Positions 1 to 10,846 are shown, counted from the stretch's first letter. The stretch is DNA of 64,000 nucleotides from an uncultured Collinsella sp. (GCA_959018755.1 CAUEMA010000004.1:12919-76918); one strand, 5' to 3'. A program made the numbers and translations. Notes: generated by a model from the letters alone, not told the origin.

Positions 1-2155
1 GGCCGATATAGGTGTACTCGTACATCGGCGCGGCGTTTTCGTCGTTCTCTATCAGTGCGTGGACGAAATGCTCGATCTGTCCCGTGTCGTCGCTTTCTGC
101 ATCCGCCTCGAGCTCAATGCGCGTGACCGACCGGTCCCAATCGCGTACGGTAGGCGCGACATTCCTTGCAGTGGCTTTAACCTCGGCGCGCGCGAGCAGC
201 TCGGCGTTGGTGACAATGGTGGCCGATGCGATAAATTGCGGAACGCCGCCCGCCTCGGCGTTGCCGGCTGAGCCGAAGCAGGCATCTAGTGTATAGGGCG
301 TATCTCCACCCAATGCGAGCTCAGAGCGCTGGAGTACATACTGGTCGCCGTTGTTCACCGACATATTCCACGAATCGAGGAGTGTGGGCCACGACCCCGA
401 CCAAGCCTTGGTGGTCCACTTGAACATCACGAACTGGAGTATCACATCGACATCGACGTCTGCACCTACGCGCAGTCGCGGAAGCTGGTGTCCATCTGCC
501 TTCTCGTACCCAATGAACAGCGTGAGGGATGCGGCGCCGCGCACGGCGGACGAAGCGACGCCTGCAACGCCGGCGCCAAAGGTGACGGCAAGCCCGATCT
601 GGATGGTGAACGAGCCCGAGGTGTTTGAATAGTCGAGCGATATGTTTTTGAAAAACGCCGCGCCGCTACCGTGCGTGTGGGCGCCCACGGCGAGCGCCAG
701 CTTCGCCAGCACCCAGGGGTTGACGTTTAGGAAAAACGGCACCGGTCCTAGGGTAAACTGCTCGGTCCAATTGAGGTCGGTTCTTACCTGGAAGAGAGCC
801 TTAATATTGCCGTATGCGGGATCGTTGTTGTTGCCCCAGGTTTTGCCCACCCAATCGTAGGCGAGCGAGCCATACAGCTGTGTGGCGATATCCATCGTGA
901 ACAGCGGCGTGCAATGGTGGCGAAGGAGCTTGGTATTTCTTGGATCGGTTCCCGAACCGGCACTCATACTCTTGTACTGATTCCACTTCCCCTTCATCTC
1001 GTCGAGGTAGCGGTTTGCCTGCTTGGCGCCCGACTCGCGCGGCGATTTCTTCCAGTATTCCGGATCAGGGTTGCCCGAATCGTTCATGTAGCCGACCGGT
1101 TTGTATCCTCCGCCAAACAGCACGTACCCGGCAAAAGAGAAATCGAACAAAATGGGGAACGAGGGCATCCAGCACGTGAACTTATTGCCGCCGATGCCGG
1201 GAAACGCCGCTGGGAAATCAAACGGAGTGACCTCTTGGTCCATGGTAGTGGGGACGATAGTGGTCGAGCCCGATTCCGCCTTTGCGGCCGGCGCGGTGAC
1301 AACGGCCATGGGGGATGAGAGCGTGTAGGTTTTGCCCTGGTAGTCGAGCGCAAAGCGCAGCTTGCACCCTTCTTCCAGAAGGTTTGACGCTGCATCGAGG
1401 AACGTGTCTTCGAGCGTGAACGTCGCAAGATTATCCGCGCCCGATGCACTGGCCTTGACTTGGCCAATTTGCGTGACGGTTTCGGGTGAGCTGCCCGCGG
1501 CAGGCATTACCTTGTTGATGTGCAGCGTTGCCTGTCCACCCTGCGGCAGATGTGCCTGCACGGTAAAGGCGTGCGTGTCGGGTTGGTCGTTTGCTGCTTC
1601 GTCCGCTGGCATTGCCATAAACGTGGCGTCGGCGTACTGGATGTCCCATTCGTCGAATGTGAGCTGGCGAAAGTACGGCTCGCCGTCGGAAAGCGGACGT
1701 GTGGGTGCGGTAATGGCGGTGCCGCCTTGGACACGCGCGAGGGGAATCTCGACATCGCGGTAGCCCGCCATGCTAATGGAGATGCCGCCGTTAAAGTCGT
1801 ACGCGTCAAGGAGCGTTGCCTCGTCTACGTAGCCTTCCGAAAGCGAGGCGATCTCAAAGATGGCGGTGCCTTCGTCATCGGTCGTGGCGGCGAGCTGCTT
1901 GCCCGCGGCATAACGCGACGCGAGCGTGACCTGGGCTCCCTTGATGGGCATATTCTTGTTGGCGACGTCGACCACGACCACACCGAACATGGTGCGCGAG
2001 AGCACCAAGACCTTGAAGGGATCATCTTCGTCGGCGTATGCCTCGGTGGGGGCGAACGGCAGCAGGAATGCATTTTTGCTTCCCGGCACGCGAGGCAGCA
2101 TGATGCCTGCCAGCGAGGACGCTCCGGCAACAAGTAACGAACGGCGATCAAGCAT
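1..2155 (-). CDS. Large Tat-exported surface protein (partial; runs off window start)
   Basis: Absent from the ORF track. My manual translation from ATG 2155 is open for 718 codons to the window edge: MLDRRSLLVAGASSLAGIML...TEAYA-DEDD. It has a twin-arginine motif, an AxA cleavage site and a GGGAG RBS, followed by a PIKGAQVTL...TTDDEG prealbumin/carboxypeptidase-regulatory-like beta domain. Confidence 0.85.
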   Translation of the reverse strand, partial: MLDRRSLLVAGASSLAGIMLPRVPGSKNAFLLPFAPTEAYADEDDPFKVLVLSRTMFGVVVVDVANKNMPIKGAQVTLASRYAAGKQLAATTDDEGTAIFEIASLSEGYVDEATLLDAYDFNGGISISMAGYRDVEIPLARVQGGTAITAPTRPLSDGEPYFRQLTFDEWDIQYADATFMAMPADEAANDQPDTHAFTVQAHLPQGGQATLHINKVMPAAGSSPETVTQIGQVKASASGADNLATFTLEDTFLDAASNLLEEGCKLRFALDYQGKTYTLSSPMAVVTAPAAKAESGSTTIVPTTMDQEVTPFDFPAAFPGIGGNKFTCWMPSFPILFDFSFAGYVLFGGGYKPVGYMNDSGNPDPEYWKKSPRESGAKQANRYLDEMKGKWNQYKSMSAGSGTDPRNTKLLRHHCTPLFTMDIATQLYGSLAYDWVGKTWGNNNDPAYGNIKALFQVRTDLNWTEQFTLGPVPFFLNVNPWVLAKLALAVGAHTHGSGAAFFKNISLDYSNTSGSFTIQIGLAVTFGAGVAGVASSAVRGAASLTLFIGYEKADGHQLPRLRVGADVDVDVILQFVMFKWTTKAWSGSWPTLLDSWNMSVNNGDQYVLQRSELALGGDTPYTLDACFGSAGNAEAGGVPQFIASATIVTNAELLARAEVKATARNVAPTVRDWDRSVTRIELEADAESDDTGQIEHFVHALIENDENAAPMYEYTYIG

Positions 2156-2217
2156 CTTTGGCTCCCATCCCGCAGGTATCGGTGGAAATAATCCAATTTT
2201 GCGAGAAGGCGCCACGT

Positions 2218-2252
2218 GGCGGTAGTGCCGTTCAAGGGTCAAAATGTCCAAA
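2218..2252 (-). promoter_or_regulatory. Conserved operator/promoter block, copy 1
   Basis: 30/35 ungapped identity to 60018-60052; both copies lie the same distance upstream of an identical RBS. Confidence 0.7.
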
Positions 2253-2310
2253 TTGATTGAGCGAAGCGCCGGGTTCCGGAACGCGTTCGGTGCGCTTGGC
2301 AGCCCGGTTG

Positions 2311-3315
2311 CTAACGCAACATATGCGCGACCAGCTCGGCGCGTGTGCCGATGCCAAGCTTTGCGTATACGCCGGATAGGCGGTTTTTAACGGTGCCCGG
2401 CGACACGCCCATATGGCGTGCGATTTCGGCGTTGGTCCACCCACGGCAGGCGAGCATGGCCATGGTGAACTCCGTGGTCGTTAGATCGTCGGCCACGTCC
2501 TCGCCCGAATCGGGGTTGTGGATGCGCCGCCAACCGTAGCTGAATCGATACGTGATCTCGATGATGCGCGCGAAGTCGTCAGGGTATTGCGTTTTTAGGC
2601 ACGCCTCGATGAGCCCCTGCAAAAGGCCGTGGTGCTCGCCGATGAGCTCGATAAGGCCGTCGGGACGCGCAATGTCCCAAGCGGTTCCGAAGTGTGCCTT
2701 TGCGGCGTCGACGTCTTTGAGGCTCATGCATGCCATGGAAGCCGACAGGTGCAGGAACAGCTCCGAGATGGGATAACTCCCCTGTTTCATGATCAGGGCG
2801 TTTTCCGCCATGCCCAGGCTGCGGCCATATTCGCCGCGTAGGTACAGGGCATGCGCCATCACGTAGCTGGCGAACAGGCGCAGGCCTTCGGGCAGATGCG
2901 CCGCAAGCGGATAAAACTCTTCGGCGGAATGCGGGGAAGGCAAGTGCAGCAGGACGCTCGCAGCGGAGGCGAACAGGATATGCGTGGCGTGGACGGCGGA
3001 CGATTCCTCGTCAGTTGGCGTATCGAGGATGCCTGCAAGGCAACGGCGGGCATCGGCGATACGGTTGAGCGATAGACTGGCATATCCGCAGATAAGGCAT
3101 GCGGAATAGCGCAGTGCGGGGTCGGTGGCGTCAAGATAGGGGCGTGTCGTCTTGGCAGCGAGGGTGGCCTGTCCGCGAAAGTACAGCGCTTCTGCCGTGG
3201 CGATGGTGCGTGAATCGGGGTCGGAAATGCTTGTAACCGCAGCGTCAATCTGCCCCGGCACAAAGGCAGTGCACATCAACGGCATGGGAATGCGCGGGTA
3301 GCCATCGCAGTCCAT
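2311..3315 (-). CDS. LuxR-family (C-terminal HTH) transcriptional regulator
   Basis: C-terminal LTTTEFTMAMLACRGWTNAEIARHMGVSPGTVKNRLSGVYAKLGI is a LuxR HTH; N-terminal region is helical and TPR-like. Start chosen at an ATG behind a purine-rich RBS. Confidence 0.85.
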   Translation of the reverse strand: MDCDGYPRIPMPLMCTAFVPGQIDAAVTSISDPDSRTIATAEALYFRGQATLAAKTTRPYLDATDPALRYSACLICGYASLSLNRIADARRCLAGILDTPTDEESSAVHATHILFASAASVLLHLPSPHSAEEFYPLAAHLPEGLRLFASYVMAHALYLRGEYGRSLGMAENALIMKQGSYPISELFLHLSASMACMSLKDVDAAKAHFGTAWDIARPDGLIELIGEHHGLLQGLIEACLKTQYPDDFARIIEITYRFSYGWRRIHNPDSGEDVADDLTTTEFTMAMLACRGWTNAEIARHMGVSPGTVKNRLSGVYAKLGIGTRAELVAHMLR

Positions 3316-3382
3316 CTTCCATCTCCCATCAGGTGGCAACAATGCAACAATTGTACCCCTGTTGCTCGGGACCCCTTTCGTT

Positions 3383-4534
3383 TTACTGTTCGGTTAACGC
3401 TGCGGATCGTTTTGGAAGGCTTACGAGCATGGTGGTCCCGTTCTCGGAACTTGTTTCGACCTCTACCGTGCCACCGTGAAGCGCTGCAATCTCCCAAACG
3501 AGCGCTAGTCCGAGTCCTGCGCCGCCGTATGCCCTGCTGCGGGATTTGTCTAGACGAAAGAACGGCTGGAAGATGCTTTCTCGGTACTGCTTGGGTATTC
3601 CCGGTCCCTCATCTTTGACTCGCAGGAGCACATGGTTGTCGCTGTCGCTGATGGAGACGTTGACAGTTGAGCCGGGGCGGCTGTAACGGATGGCGTTTTC
3701 GACCAGATTAAACACCAACCGATAGAGGAGCGTATCACTTCCGATTGCCAAAGCGTCTCCGGCGCAATCGAGGGTTACGTCCTTATTTTCGGCAAGTGGC
3801 GCAAGGTCGGTGAGGACCTCTTCGGACAGGGGACCGAGTTCCACATCGTCATCGCAAGGAACGCTGCGGAGCTCACTCATCTCGAGCAATACCTTGGTCA
3901 TCCGCGACATGCGCTCGGTTTGTTCTTGTAGCAGGCCGAGCAGCTCGGCTGTTTCGGGTCGTAAACCGGAGTGCTCGGAGATGAATAGTTCAATCTGTGC
4001 TTGCATAAGGGCGAGCGGGGTGCGCAGCTCGTGTGCGGCGTTACCGGTAAACTGACGCTGTGCAGAGAACCCTTCGCCAAGACGGGCGATCATGTCGTTG
4101 AAAGAGGCGCTACATCGTTGTAGCTCGGTGGGCACATCTTCACTGAGTCTGATTTCGCTTAGGTTGTCAGGCTGCACGCGTTCAACCTGGGCTGCAAAAG
4201 CCCGTAGCGGTTTGAGTGCACGGCCGCTCACAAAGTATGCCAACACGCCGCCAAGGAGTGTGACTCCAGCCGTGATGTACCAGGTTGTCGTGCCAAAAGA
4301 CTCCTGCGCGTCGTTTACGACGATCGTGACCTTGTCATCGGGGGTCGCTTTCGTTGGGTCGAACGCCTGGGGCGAATCTTCGCCGGTTGCGTTAAAGGCC
4401 GAGATGTTACTGCCGATGGCATCCATGTAGCGCATGCCCGTATAGCCGACCAGGCAGTTCGTCAGCACGCATGCCGCACACGTGAGCAGCGCCGTCATAA
4501 TCGTTATGCGCCATTGCAGCGAAAGCCTTTTCAT
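3383..4534 (-). CDS. Sensor histidine kinase (2 TM, HAMP, HisKA, HATPase)
   Basis: AAHELRTPL H-box, NLVENAIRY N-box, DEGPGI and GAGLGL G-boxes. Confidence 0.95.
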   Translation of the reverse strand: MKRLSLQWRITIMTALLTCAACVLTNCLVGYTGMRYMDAIGSNISAFNATGEDSPQAFDPTKATPDDKVTIVVNDAQESFGTTTWYITAGVTLLGGVLAYFVSGRALKPLRAFAAQVERVQPDNLSEIRLSEDVPTELQRCSASFNDMIARLGEGFSAQRQFTGNAAHELRTPLALMQAQIELFISEHSGLRPETAELLGLLQEQTERMSRMTKVLLEMSELRSVPCDDDVELGPLSEEVLTDLAPLAENKDVTLDCAGDALAIGSDTLLYRLVFNLVENAIRYSRPGSTVNVSISDSDNHVLLRVKDEGPGIPKQYRESIFQPFFRLDKSRSRAYGGAGLGLALVWEIAALHGGTVEVETSSENGTTMLVSLPKRSAALTEQ

Positions 4535-5205
4535 TCGCTATCCTCCATAACGTAGCCCTCTCCAATCCGATTGCGAATCGGGTCGTATCCCAAAGCGCTG
4601 CGTAGCTTTTTGCGGAGTGACGAGATATGAACGCGGGTTGCGTTGCTAAAGCTGTTTACGCTGCTATCCCAAACGTGCTCGATAAGCTCCTCTTGACTTA
4701 CCGGACGCCCCTGATTAAGCATCAGGTATTCCAAGATTCCCGTTTCCTTGCGCGTAAGAGATAAAGCCTCGCTGTCCACGGAAGCGATGCGCGCCTTGGT
4801 GTCAAAGCTGAGCTTTCCGCAGGTTAAAACTACGTCGCTTTGTGTAAAGCGTCTTAGGGTAAGGCTGCGGATCCTTGCCGCAAGCTCGTCCAGATGAAAC
4901 GGCTTGGTGAGGTAATCGTTGGCGCCGGCATCGAGTCCGGCGACTTTATCTGATACTTCGCCACGTGCGGACAGAATCAGTACCTTAGTCTCGCAGTCAG
5001 TTTTCCTAAGTTCCCTGAGTACGGTCATGCCGTCGATGCGGGGAAGGTTGAGGTCGAGTACCACGAGGTCAAAGACTTCGACGCCCAGCAGGTCGAGCGC
5101 CTCCTGCCCGTCGTGGCAGCAGTCGACGCTGTACGCCAAGTTTCGCAAGCTGCGCGCGATTGCGTCACACAGCGCCTGCTCGTCCTCGATGATCAAAATA
5201 CGCAT
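4531..5205 (-). CDS. OmpR-family response regulator
   Basis: MRILIIEDE...LDLNLP...DYLTKPF plus a winged-helix C-terminus; AAGGAG RBS before ATG 5205; overlaps the kinase start by 4 nt. Confidence 0.95.
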   Translation of the reverse strand: MRILIIEDEQALCDAIARSLRNLAYSVDCCHDGQEALDLLGVEVFDLVVLDLNLPRIDGMTVLRELRKTDCETKVLILSARGEVSDKVAGLDAGANDYLTKPFHLDELAARIRSLTLRRFTQSDVVLTCGKLSFDTKARIASVDSEALSLTRKETGILEYLMLNQGRPVSQEELIEHVWDSSVNSFSNATRVHISSLRKKLRSALGYDPIRNRIGEGYVMEDSE

Positions 5206-5295
5206 AACGGTCTCCTTGCACATTCCAAATCGCGCTTAACACGGATTTTATAGCCGATATGGTCCAATGGTCGCGTAACGAAAGGAGTGGTCAGG

Positions 5296-5442
5296 TTGTT
5301 CAAAGCGGTAAAACCCGTGGTACAGGTCGCTTTGTTGATCGTCGGAATTGCCATGGTGTGCTTTGGCGTTATGCGTGGCGAGGCGGATGCCGTGCTGGCC
5401 AAAGCGATTAGGCTGTGCTTGGAGTGTATCGGAATTGGATAA
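5296..5442 (+). CDS. Small CxxC membrane protein (CD1871A-like family), 48 aa
   Basis: Below the ORF-track cutoff. AAAGGAG RBS then TTG; MFKAVKPVVQVALLIVGIAMVCFGVMRGEADAVLAKAIRLCLECIGIG. The C-terminal CLECIGIG is the family signature. Confidence 0.85.
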   Translation: MFKAVKPVVQVALLIVGIAMVCFGVMRGEADAVLAKAIRLCLECIGIG

Positions 5443-6337
5443 AAGAGAAAACACTGCGTCGCATGTTTTGGCTCGATTTCGCGGATTCATTCAGGCGGCG
5501 GCGACGCTCGTCACCAACATTCACCTGCCGAACTTTGCCAAAGGCGGCATCTATCAGGGCGCGGGAAAAACAGTCTGCGTACCCGGGCTTAACTGCTATT
5601 CGTGCCCCGCGGCATCGGGTGCGTGCCCCATCGGGTCGTTCCAGTCGGTAGTAGGTTCATCCAAGTTCAACTTTTCTTACTATGTTACCGGTACGCTCAT
5701 TTTGCTCGGCGTGCTGCTGGGACGCTTTGTATGCGGCTTTCTGTGCCCGTTTGGCTGGCTGCAGGAGCTGCTTCATAAGATTCCCGGCAAAAAGCTTTCG
5801 ACAAAAAAGCTCAAGCCGCTCACGTACATCAAGTACGTCGTGTTGCTGTTTGCCGTGGTGCTGCTACCCGTCTTGGTGGTTAACGACGTGGGCATGGGCG
5901 ACCCGTTCTTTTGTAAGTACATCTGTCCGCAGGGTGTGCTCGAGGGCGCCATTCCGCTGGCCATTGCCAATGCCGGCATTCGATCTGCGTTGGGACAGCT
6001 CTTTACTTGGAAACTTGCCGTTCTCATTGCCGTGGTAGTGCTGAGTGTTTTGTTCTGCCGCCCCTTCTGCAAATGGATTTGTCCACTCGGTGCATTCTAT
6101 GCGCTTATGAATAGGGTGTCCCTACTGGGGATTCGGGTTGACGCATGCAAATGTGTCTCGTGCGGCAAGTGCTCAAAGGTTTGTCAGATGGACGTTGATG
6201 TAGTCCGCGCACCCAATCATGCCGAATGTATCCGGTGCGGAAAGTGCATCGGGGCCTGTCCCGTCGATGCCATTAGCTATCGCTATGGCCTGGATGTGTC
6301 GGCGGAAAAGCTCCCCTTGACCGCCGATAAAAAGTAA
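5435..6337 (+). CDS. Membrane 4Fe-4S binding protein (NapH/YccM-like polyferredoxin)
   Basis: CGFLCP, CKYICP and CKWICP motifs plus two CxxCxxCxxxC ferredoxin motifs; TTG start overlapping the end of the small CxxC gene. Confidence 0.9.
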   Translation: MDKRENTASHVLARFRGFIQAAATLVTNIHLPNFAKGGIYQGAGKTVCVPGLNCYSCPAASGACPIGSFQSVVGSSKFNFSYYVTGTLILLGVLLGRFVCGFLCPFGWLQELLHKIPGKKLSTKKLKPLTYIKYVVLLFAVVLLPVLVVNDVGMGDPFFCKYICPQGVLEGAIPLAIANAGIRSALGQLFTWKLAVLIAVVVLSVLFCRPFCKWICPLGAFYALMNRVSLLGIRVDACKCVSCGKCSKVCQMDVDVVRAPNHAECIRCGKCIGACPVDAISYRYGLDVSAEKLPLTADKK

Positions 6338-6366
6338 ACAAGCTTCGACAAAACGGAGGAACGACT

Positions 6367-7338
6367 ATGAAGCTTTCTAAGATTGCGGCCCTGTTTATGG
6401 TGCCGGTGCTGGCCTTGTGTCTTGTGGCGTGCTCGGCACCTGGCGGCAATGCGAGCGAATCTGCGAGCTCCGATCCTAAGATCGCAGAACTCACTGCGCA
6501 GAAGCCGGCCAATGCCGACGAGGCCGCCGAGCTGTATGCGAAGCTCATGCAGAAGGAGAACGAGATCTTTTCGAGTGATAACGCGCTGTGGGAAAAGGTA
6601 TTCAATGCGGCAAATAAAGACTCGGCAATGATTGAGGACGGCAGCAATTACGGCGATTTCCTGCTCAAGACCATCGACGGCGCCAAGGATGAGTTCACGG
6701 CGGATGAGCTCAAGACGCTCAAGGCCGGTGCACAGCAGATTAAGGAGATCGAGGACAAGCTCGAGAGCCTGGAGAAGGAGTTCCCCGGCTGTGGAAGCAC
6801 GCCGAGTGCAGGCGAGAGCGTCGACGCTTCGACCGCTGGCATGACGGCTGGTGCCAATGCTTCGAGCGAGGCGACGAAGTTCCCCAGCTTTACGGGCAAG
6901 GACCTGGATGGCAACGACGTGAACAGCGACGAGCTGTTCTCTAAGAACAAGGTCACCGTCATGAACTTCTGGTTCACTACTTGCAAGCCGTGCGTGGGCG
7001 AGCTGGGCGATCTTGAGAAACTGAATAAGGAGCTTGCCAAGAAGGGCGGCCAGGTCGTGGGCGTCAATTCCTTTACGCTCGATGGCAACAAGGGCGAGAT
7101 CGCAGATGCCAAGGACGTGCTGAGCAAGAAGGGCGTGACATATAAGAACATCTGGTTCAAGTCGGATAGCGAGGCCGGTAAGTTTACGTCAAATTTGTTC
7201 TCGTTCCCGACAACGTATGTCATCGATCAGAATGGCAACATCGTAGGGGATCCAATCGTGGGAGCCATTAGCTCCGCCGAGCAGCGCGCAGCGCTCGACA
7301 AGCTTATCGACCAGGCGATTGCGAATAGCGAGCAGTAA
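6367..7338 (+). CDS. TlpA/ResA-family thiol-disulfide oxidoreductase lipoprotein
   Basis: Lipobox LVAC; NFWFTTCKPC active site; FPTTYVID cis-Pro motif. Confidence 0.9.
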   Translation: MKLSKIAALFMVPVLALCLVACSAPGGNASESASSDPKIAELTAQKPANADEAAELYAKLMQKENEIFSSDNALWEKVFNAANKDSAMIEDGSNYGDFLLKTIDGAKDEFTADELKTLKAGAQQIKEIEDKLESLEKEFPGCGSTPSAGESVDASTAGMTAGANASSEATKFPSFTGKDLDGNDVNSDELFSKNKVTVMNFWFTTCKPCVGELGDLEKLNKELAKKGGQVVGVNSFTLDGNKGEIADAKDVLSKKGVTYKNIWFKSDSEAGKFTSNLFSFPTTYVIDQNGNIVGDPIVGAISSAEQRAALDKLIDQAIANSEQ

Positions 7339-7591
7339 AAAACGCGTAAAGCATCGCGAGGATCGTGTGTCGCTGTGCGGAGTGGTCCGCTGCCTTTCAA
7401 GACAAGCTTCACCATATAGAGGTCCCGCTCGGGACCTCTTCTTTTGGGCGCCGTCCCGTTCGTTTTTTGGCGCGCTTCGTTACATTCCTCTCTGGCTCCG
7501 GCAAAAATGGGGATAGAGTAGGACAAACGCGTCGAGTACGAACGGCGGGGGAGAGCGGGCAAGTGCGCCCGCGTGGGAGAGGTTGCCGTCC

Positions 7592-10500
7592 ATGTTGGAG
7601 CTCAAAGGTATTTGCAAAAGGTACGTTACGCAGTCGTTTACGCAGGTGGCGCTCGACAACGTAAGCCTGTCTTTTCGCGATAACGAGTTCGTGGCCATTC
7701 TGGGACCTTCGGGGTCGGGTAAAACCACGATGCTCAACGTTATCGGTGGGCTCGATCATTTCGATTCCGGTGACTTGCTGATCGACGGCATATCGACCAA
7801 GGACTTTCACGATCGCGATTGGGATGCCTACCGCAACAACCGCATCGGCTTTGTGTTCCAGAGCTATAACCTCATTCCGCATCAGACCATTTTGGAAAAC
7901 GTGGAGCTGGCGCTCACGCTTACGGGCGTGGGACATGCCGAACGCCGCCAGCGTGCGCGCGAGGCGTTGGAGAAAGTCGGCCTGGGCGAGCATGTTAACA
8001 AGCGCCCGAGCCAGCTTTCGGGTGGACAGATGCAGCGCGTGGCGATTGCCCGTGCCCTGATCAACGACCCCGAGATCGTGCTGGCAGACGAGCCGACCGG
8101 CGCCTTGGATTCTACAACGTCCGTGCAGGTCATGGACTTGCTCAAGGATGTTGCACGCGACCGCCTGGTCATCATGGTCACGCACAATCCCGAGTTGGCA
8201 TACCAATACGCCACGCGCATCGTCAATCTGGCGGATGGCAAGATCACCGACGATTCCGATCCTTTCGATGTCGCTGACGCCACGCGCCGCGAGGCCAAGC
8301 CTACGCGCAAAACCTCGATGAGCTTTGTGACGGCGCTGGGGCTTTCTGCCCGAAACCTTATGACCAAAAAAGGCCGTACGGCCATGACGGCCTTTGCGGG
8401 GTCGATTGGCATTATCGGTATCGCGGCGATCTTGGCGCTCTCCAATGGCGTGAACAACTACATCAAAAAGGTCGAGGAGGATACGCTCTCGAGTTACCCG
8501 CTTACGATCTCCAAGCAGGACTACGACCTGTCGTCCATGATGGGCGGACAGGGGGCTGTGGATGATGAGGCGTCCAACGGCGAGGATTTATCCGACGACG
8601 GCACCGACGGCAAGGCTCAGGGAACCGATAAGATTCCCGTGGTTACGGCCGTAAAGGATATGTTTGCGAGCGTTAAGTCCAACGACATGACGAGCTTCAA
8701 GGCATGGCTTGATGCCGGTGGCGACGGCATCGATAAAGAAGTTAACGCCATTCAGTACGGCTATGGCGTAACGCCGGTTGTCTATCGCGCGGGCAAGGGA
8801 GACGAGAGGCCTGTCCGGCTGGTGCCTAATGCCATGATCGAGGCCATGAGCGGCGGCGCGAGCTCGGCGGCAACGGTGAGCATGGAATCCATGGGAACCT
8901 CGGTCTTTAACGAGATGATTGACGACCAGAGCCTGCTCGACAGCCAGTACGATGTCGTCGCCGGTCATTGGCCCACGTCCGCCAACGAAGCCGTGATGGT
9001 GCTTTCGAGCCGCGGTACGGTGGGCGACTACACGCTCTATAGCATCGGTGCGCTGGATATCGATGAGCTCAACGACCTGGTTAACAGTGCTATGACGGCT
9101 GACGGCAAGATTGAGACGCCCGAGTCCGGCACCGACTTTACCTACGACGATGCGCTGTCCACGACGTTTAAGGTGTTGTCGCCGGCCGATGCCTATCGTA
9201 AAAACGAAGAGACTGGCATGTGGACCGACATGTCTGGTGACGCCGACTTTATGGCCACCAAGGTTGCCGACGGTATCGACGTGCACATTGTGGGCGTGGT
9301 ACGACCCAACGAGACGGCCAATGCGAGCGCGTTGTCTCCGGGCATTGCCTATACACATGCGCTGACTCACCAGCTTATGGAGCGCGCCGCCGATTCGCAG
9401 ATTGTGCAAGAGCAGCTTGCCCACCCCGAGACGGATGTCTTTACGGGCAAAACCTTCGACGAACTGCAAGGCGAGGCCAAGCAGGGCGTGGATCTGGGCA
9501 GCATGTTCAGTGTGGACGAGGTGGCGCTGAAGAGTGCGTTTTCGTTCGATACATCTGCACTCTCGGGTGCAGCCAGCGGTATGGACCTTTCTGGTATCGA
9601 TTTGTCCGGGCTGGACATTGACCTTTCGGACGTTGGGAGGGACATCGACTTCAGCGACATCATGGCCAAAGCGCCGGCCCCGGATTTCTCGGACATCTTT
9701 GACGGTCTGGAACTCACGCCCGAGCAAATGCAGCAGGTGGGAACGCTTGCCAACCAGCTGTTTGAGGGCTTTTTGCAGTCTGATCAGTTTAGGGCGCTGT
9801 CACCCGAAGACCTTAAAGATGCGTCAAAGCTTGCTGCCGCATTCTCGGCATATCTTGAGAATGATACGGCAGCCCAGCAAATCCTGGCCCAGCTCAAAGC
9901 GTTCGGCGGCGATGCCCTGGCCGAGCGCCTGCAACAGGCGATGACCGACTATGTGCAAAAGCAGCTGGCTCCGTATCTGCAACAGGCTATGGATCAGGTG
10001 ATGAAGTCGATCAGCGATCAGATTGCGGCGACGGTGTCAGCTCAGCTCAAGGCAGGCGCAGCAGGGCTCATGGGCCAGATGGCGACGCGGATGTCGTCGA
10101 GTTTTGCTAGCCTGGCGAGCGCCATGCGCGTGGATGCGAGTGCCTTTGCTCATGCCATTCACTTCAACATGGACGCCGAGGACCTGAGCTCGCTCATGAT
10201 GAGCTATGCCAAGGCGTCGAAGCTCACCTACGATAACAATCTGACCACACTGGGCTATGCGGACGAGGCCGACCCCATCTCGGTCAAGATTTTCCCGCGC
10301 GACTTTGAGGCCAAGGAGCGCGTACTCGATCACATCGATGCGTACAACAAGCAGGTCAAAGCCGCTGGCCATGATGATCGGGCAATTTCGTACACCGACT
10401 ACATGGGCATCATCATGGGTTCGGTGACCGACATCGTGAACACCATCAGCTTGGTGCTCATCGCATTCGTGAGTATCAGCCTGGTGGTGAGTTCCATCAT

Positions 10501-10846
10501 GATCGGCATCATCACCTACATCAGCGTGCTGGAGCGCAAAAAGGAGATTGGCATCCTGCGCGCGATCGGCGCGTCGAAGCGCAACGTGGCCAACGTATTC
10601 AATGCCGAGACCTTTATTGAGGGGCTTATCGCCGGTGTCTTTGCCATTGTCGTCGTGGTGGCCGTGAGCTTCCCGGTTAATGCCTGGGCGCTTGCTGCCA
10701 AACAGGTGCCCAATCTGATGAGCCTGCCCGTGCAGGATGCGCTGGTGCTCATTGCGATTTCTGTGTTGCTAACGGTCGTTGCCGGCCTGCTGCCCGCTCG
10801 CAGCGCGTCCAAAAAGGACCCCGTGGAGGCCCTGCGCTCCGAATAG
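7592..10846 (+). CDS. Fused ABC ATPase/FtsX-type permease (MacB-like)
   Basis: [19 protein letters not shown]; large extracellular domain; C-terminal [14 protein letters not shown]tsX permease ending DPVEALRSE. Confidence 0.9.
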   Translation: MLELKGICKRYVTQSFTQVALDNVSLSFRDNEFVAILGPSGSGKTTMLNVIGGLDHFDSGDLLIDGISTKDFHDRDWDAYRNNRIGFVFQSYNLIPHQTILENVELALTLTGVGHAERRQRAREALEKVGLGEHVNKRPSQLSGGQMQRVAIARALINDPEIVLADEPTGALDSTTSVQVMDLLKDVARDRLVIMVTHNPELAYQYATRIVNLADGKITDDSDPFDVADATRREAKPTRKTSMSFVTALGLSARNLMTKKGRTAMTAFAGSIGIIGIAAILALSNGVNNYIKKVEEDTLSSYPLTISKQDYDLSSMMGGQGAVDDEASNGEDLSDDGTDGKAQGTDKIPVVTAVKDMFASVKSNDMTSFKAWLDAGGDGIDKEVNAIQYGYGVTPVVYRAGKGDERPVRLVPNAMIEAMSGGASSAATVSMESMGTSVFNEMIDDQSLLDSQYDVVAGHWPTSANEAVMVLSSRGTVGDYTLYSIGALDIDELNDLVNSAMTADGKIETPESGTDFTYDDALSTTFKVLSPADAYRKNEETGMWTDMSGDADFMATKVADGIDVHIVGVVRPNETANASALSPGIAYTHALTHQLMERAADSQIVQEQLAHPETDVFTGKTFDELQGEAKQGVDLGSMFSVDEVALKSAFSFDTSALSGAASGMDLSGIDLSGLDIDLSDVGRDIDFSDIMAKAPAPDFSDIFDGLELTPEQMQQVGTLANQLFEGFLQSDQFRALSPEDLKDASKLAAAFSAYLENDTAAQQILAQLKAFGGDALAERLQQAMTDYVQKQLAPYLQQAMDQVMKSISDQIAATVSAQLKAGAAGLMGQMATRMSSSFASLASAMRVDASAFAHAIHFNMDAEDLSSLMMSYAKASKLTYDNNLTTLGYADEADPISVKIFPRDFEAKERVLDHIDAYNKQVKAAGHDDRAISYTDYMGIIMGSVTDIVNTISLVLIAFVSISLVVSSIMIGIITYISVLERKKEIGILRAIGASKRNVANVFNAETFIEGLIAGVFAIVVVVAVSFPVNAWALAAKQVPNLMSLPVQDALVLIAISVLLTVVAGLLPARSASKKDPVEALRSE

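Noticed and set aside
5348..5434. N-terminal extension of the 4Fe-4S protein
   Set aside because: The region is occupied by the small CxxC gene in another frame.
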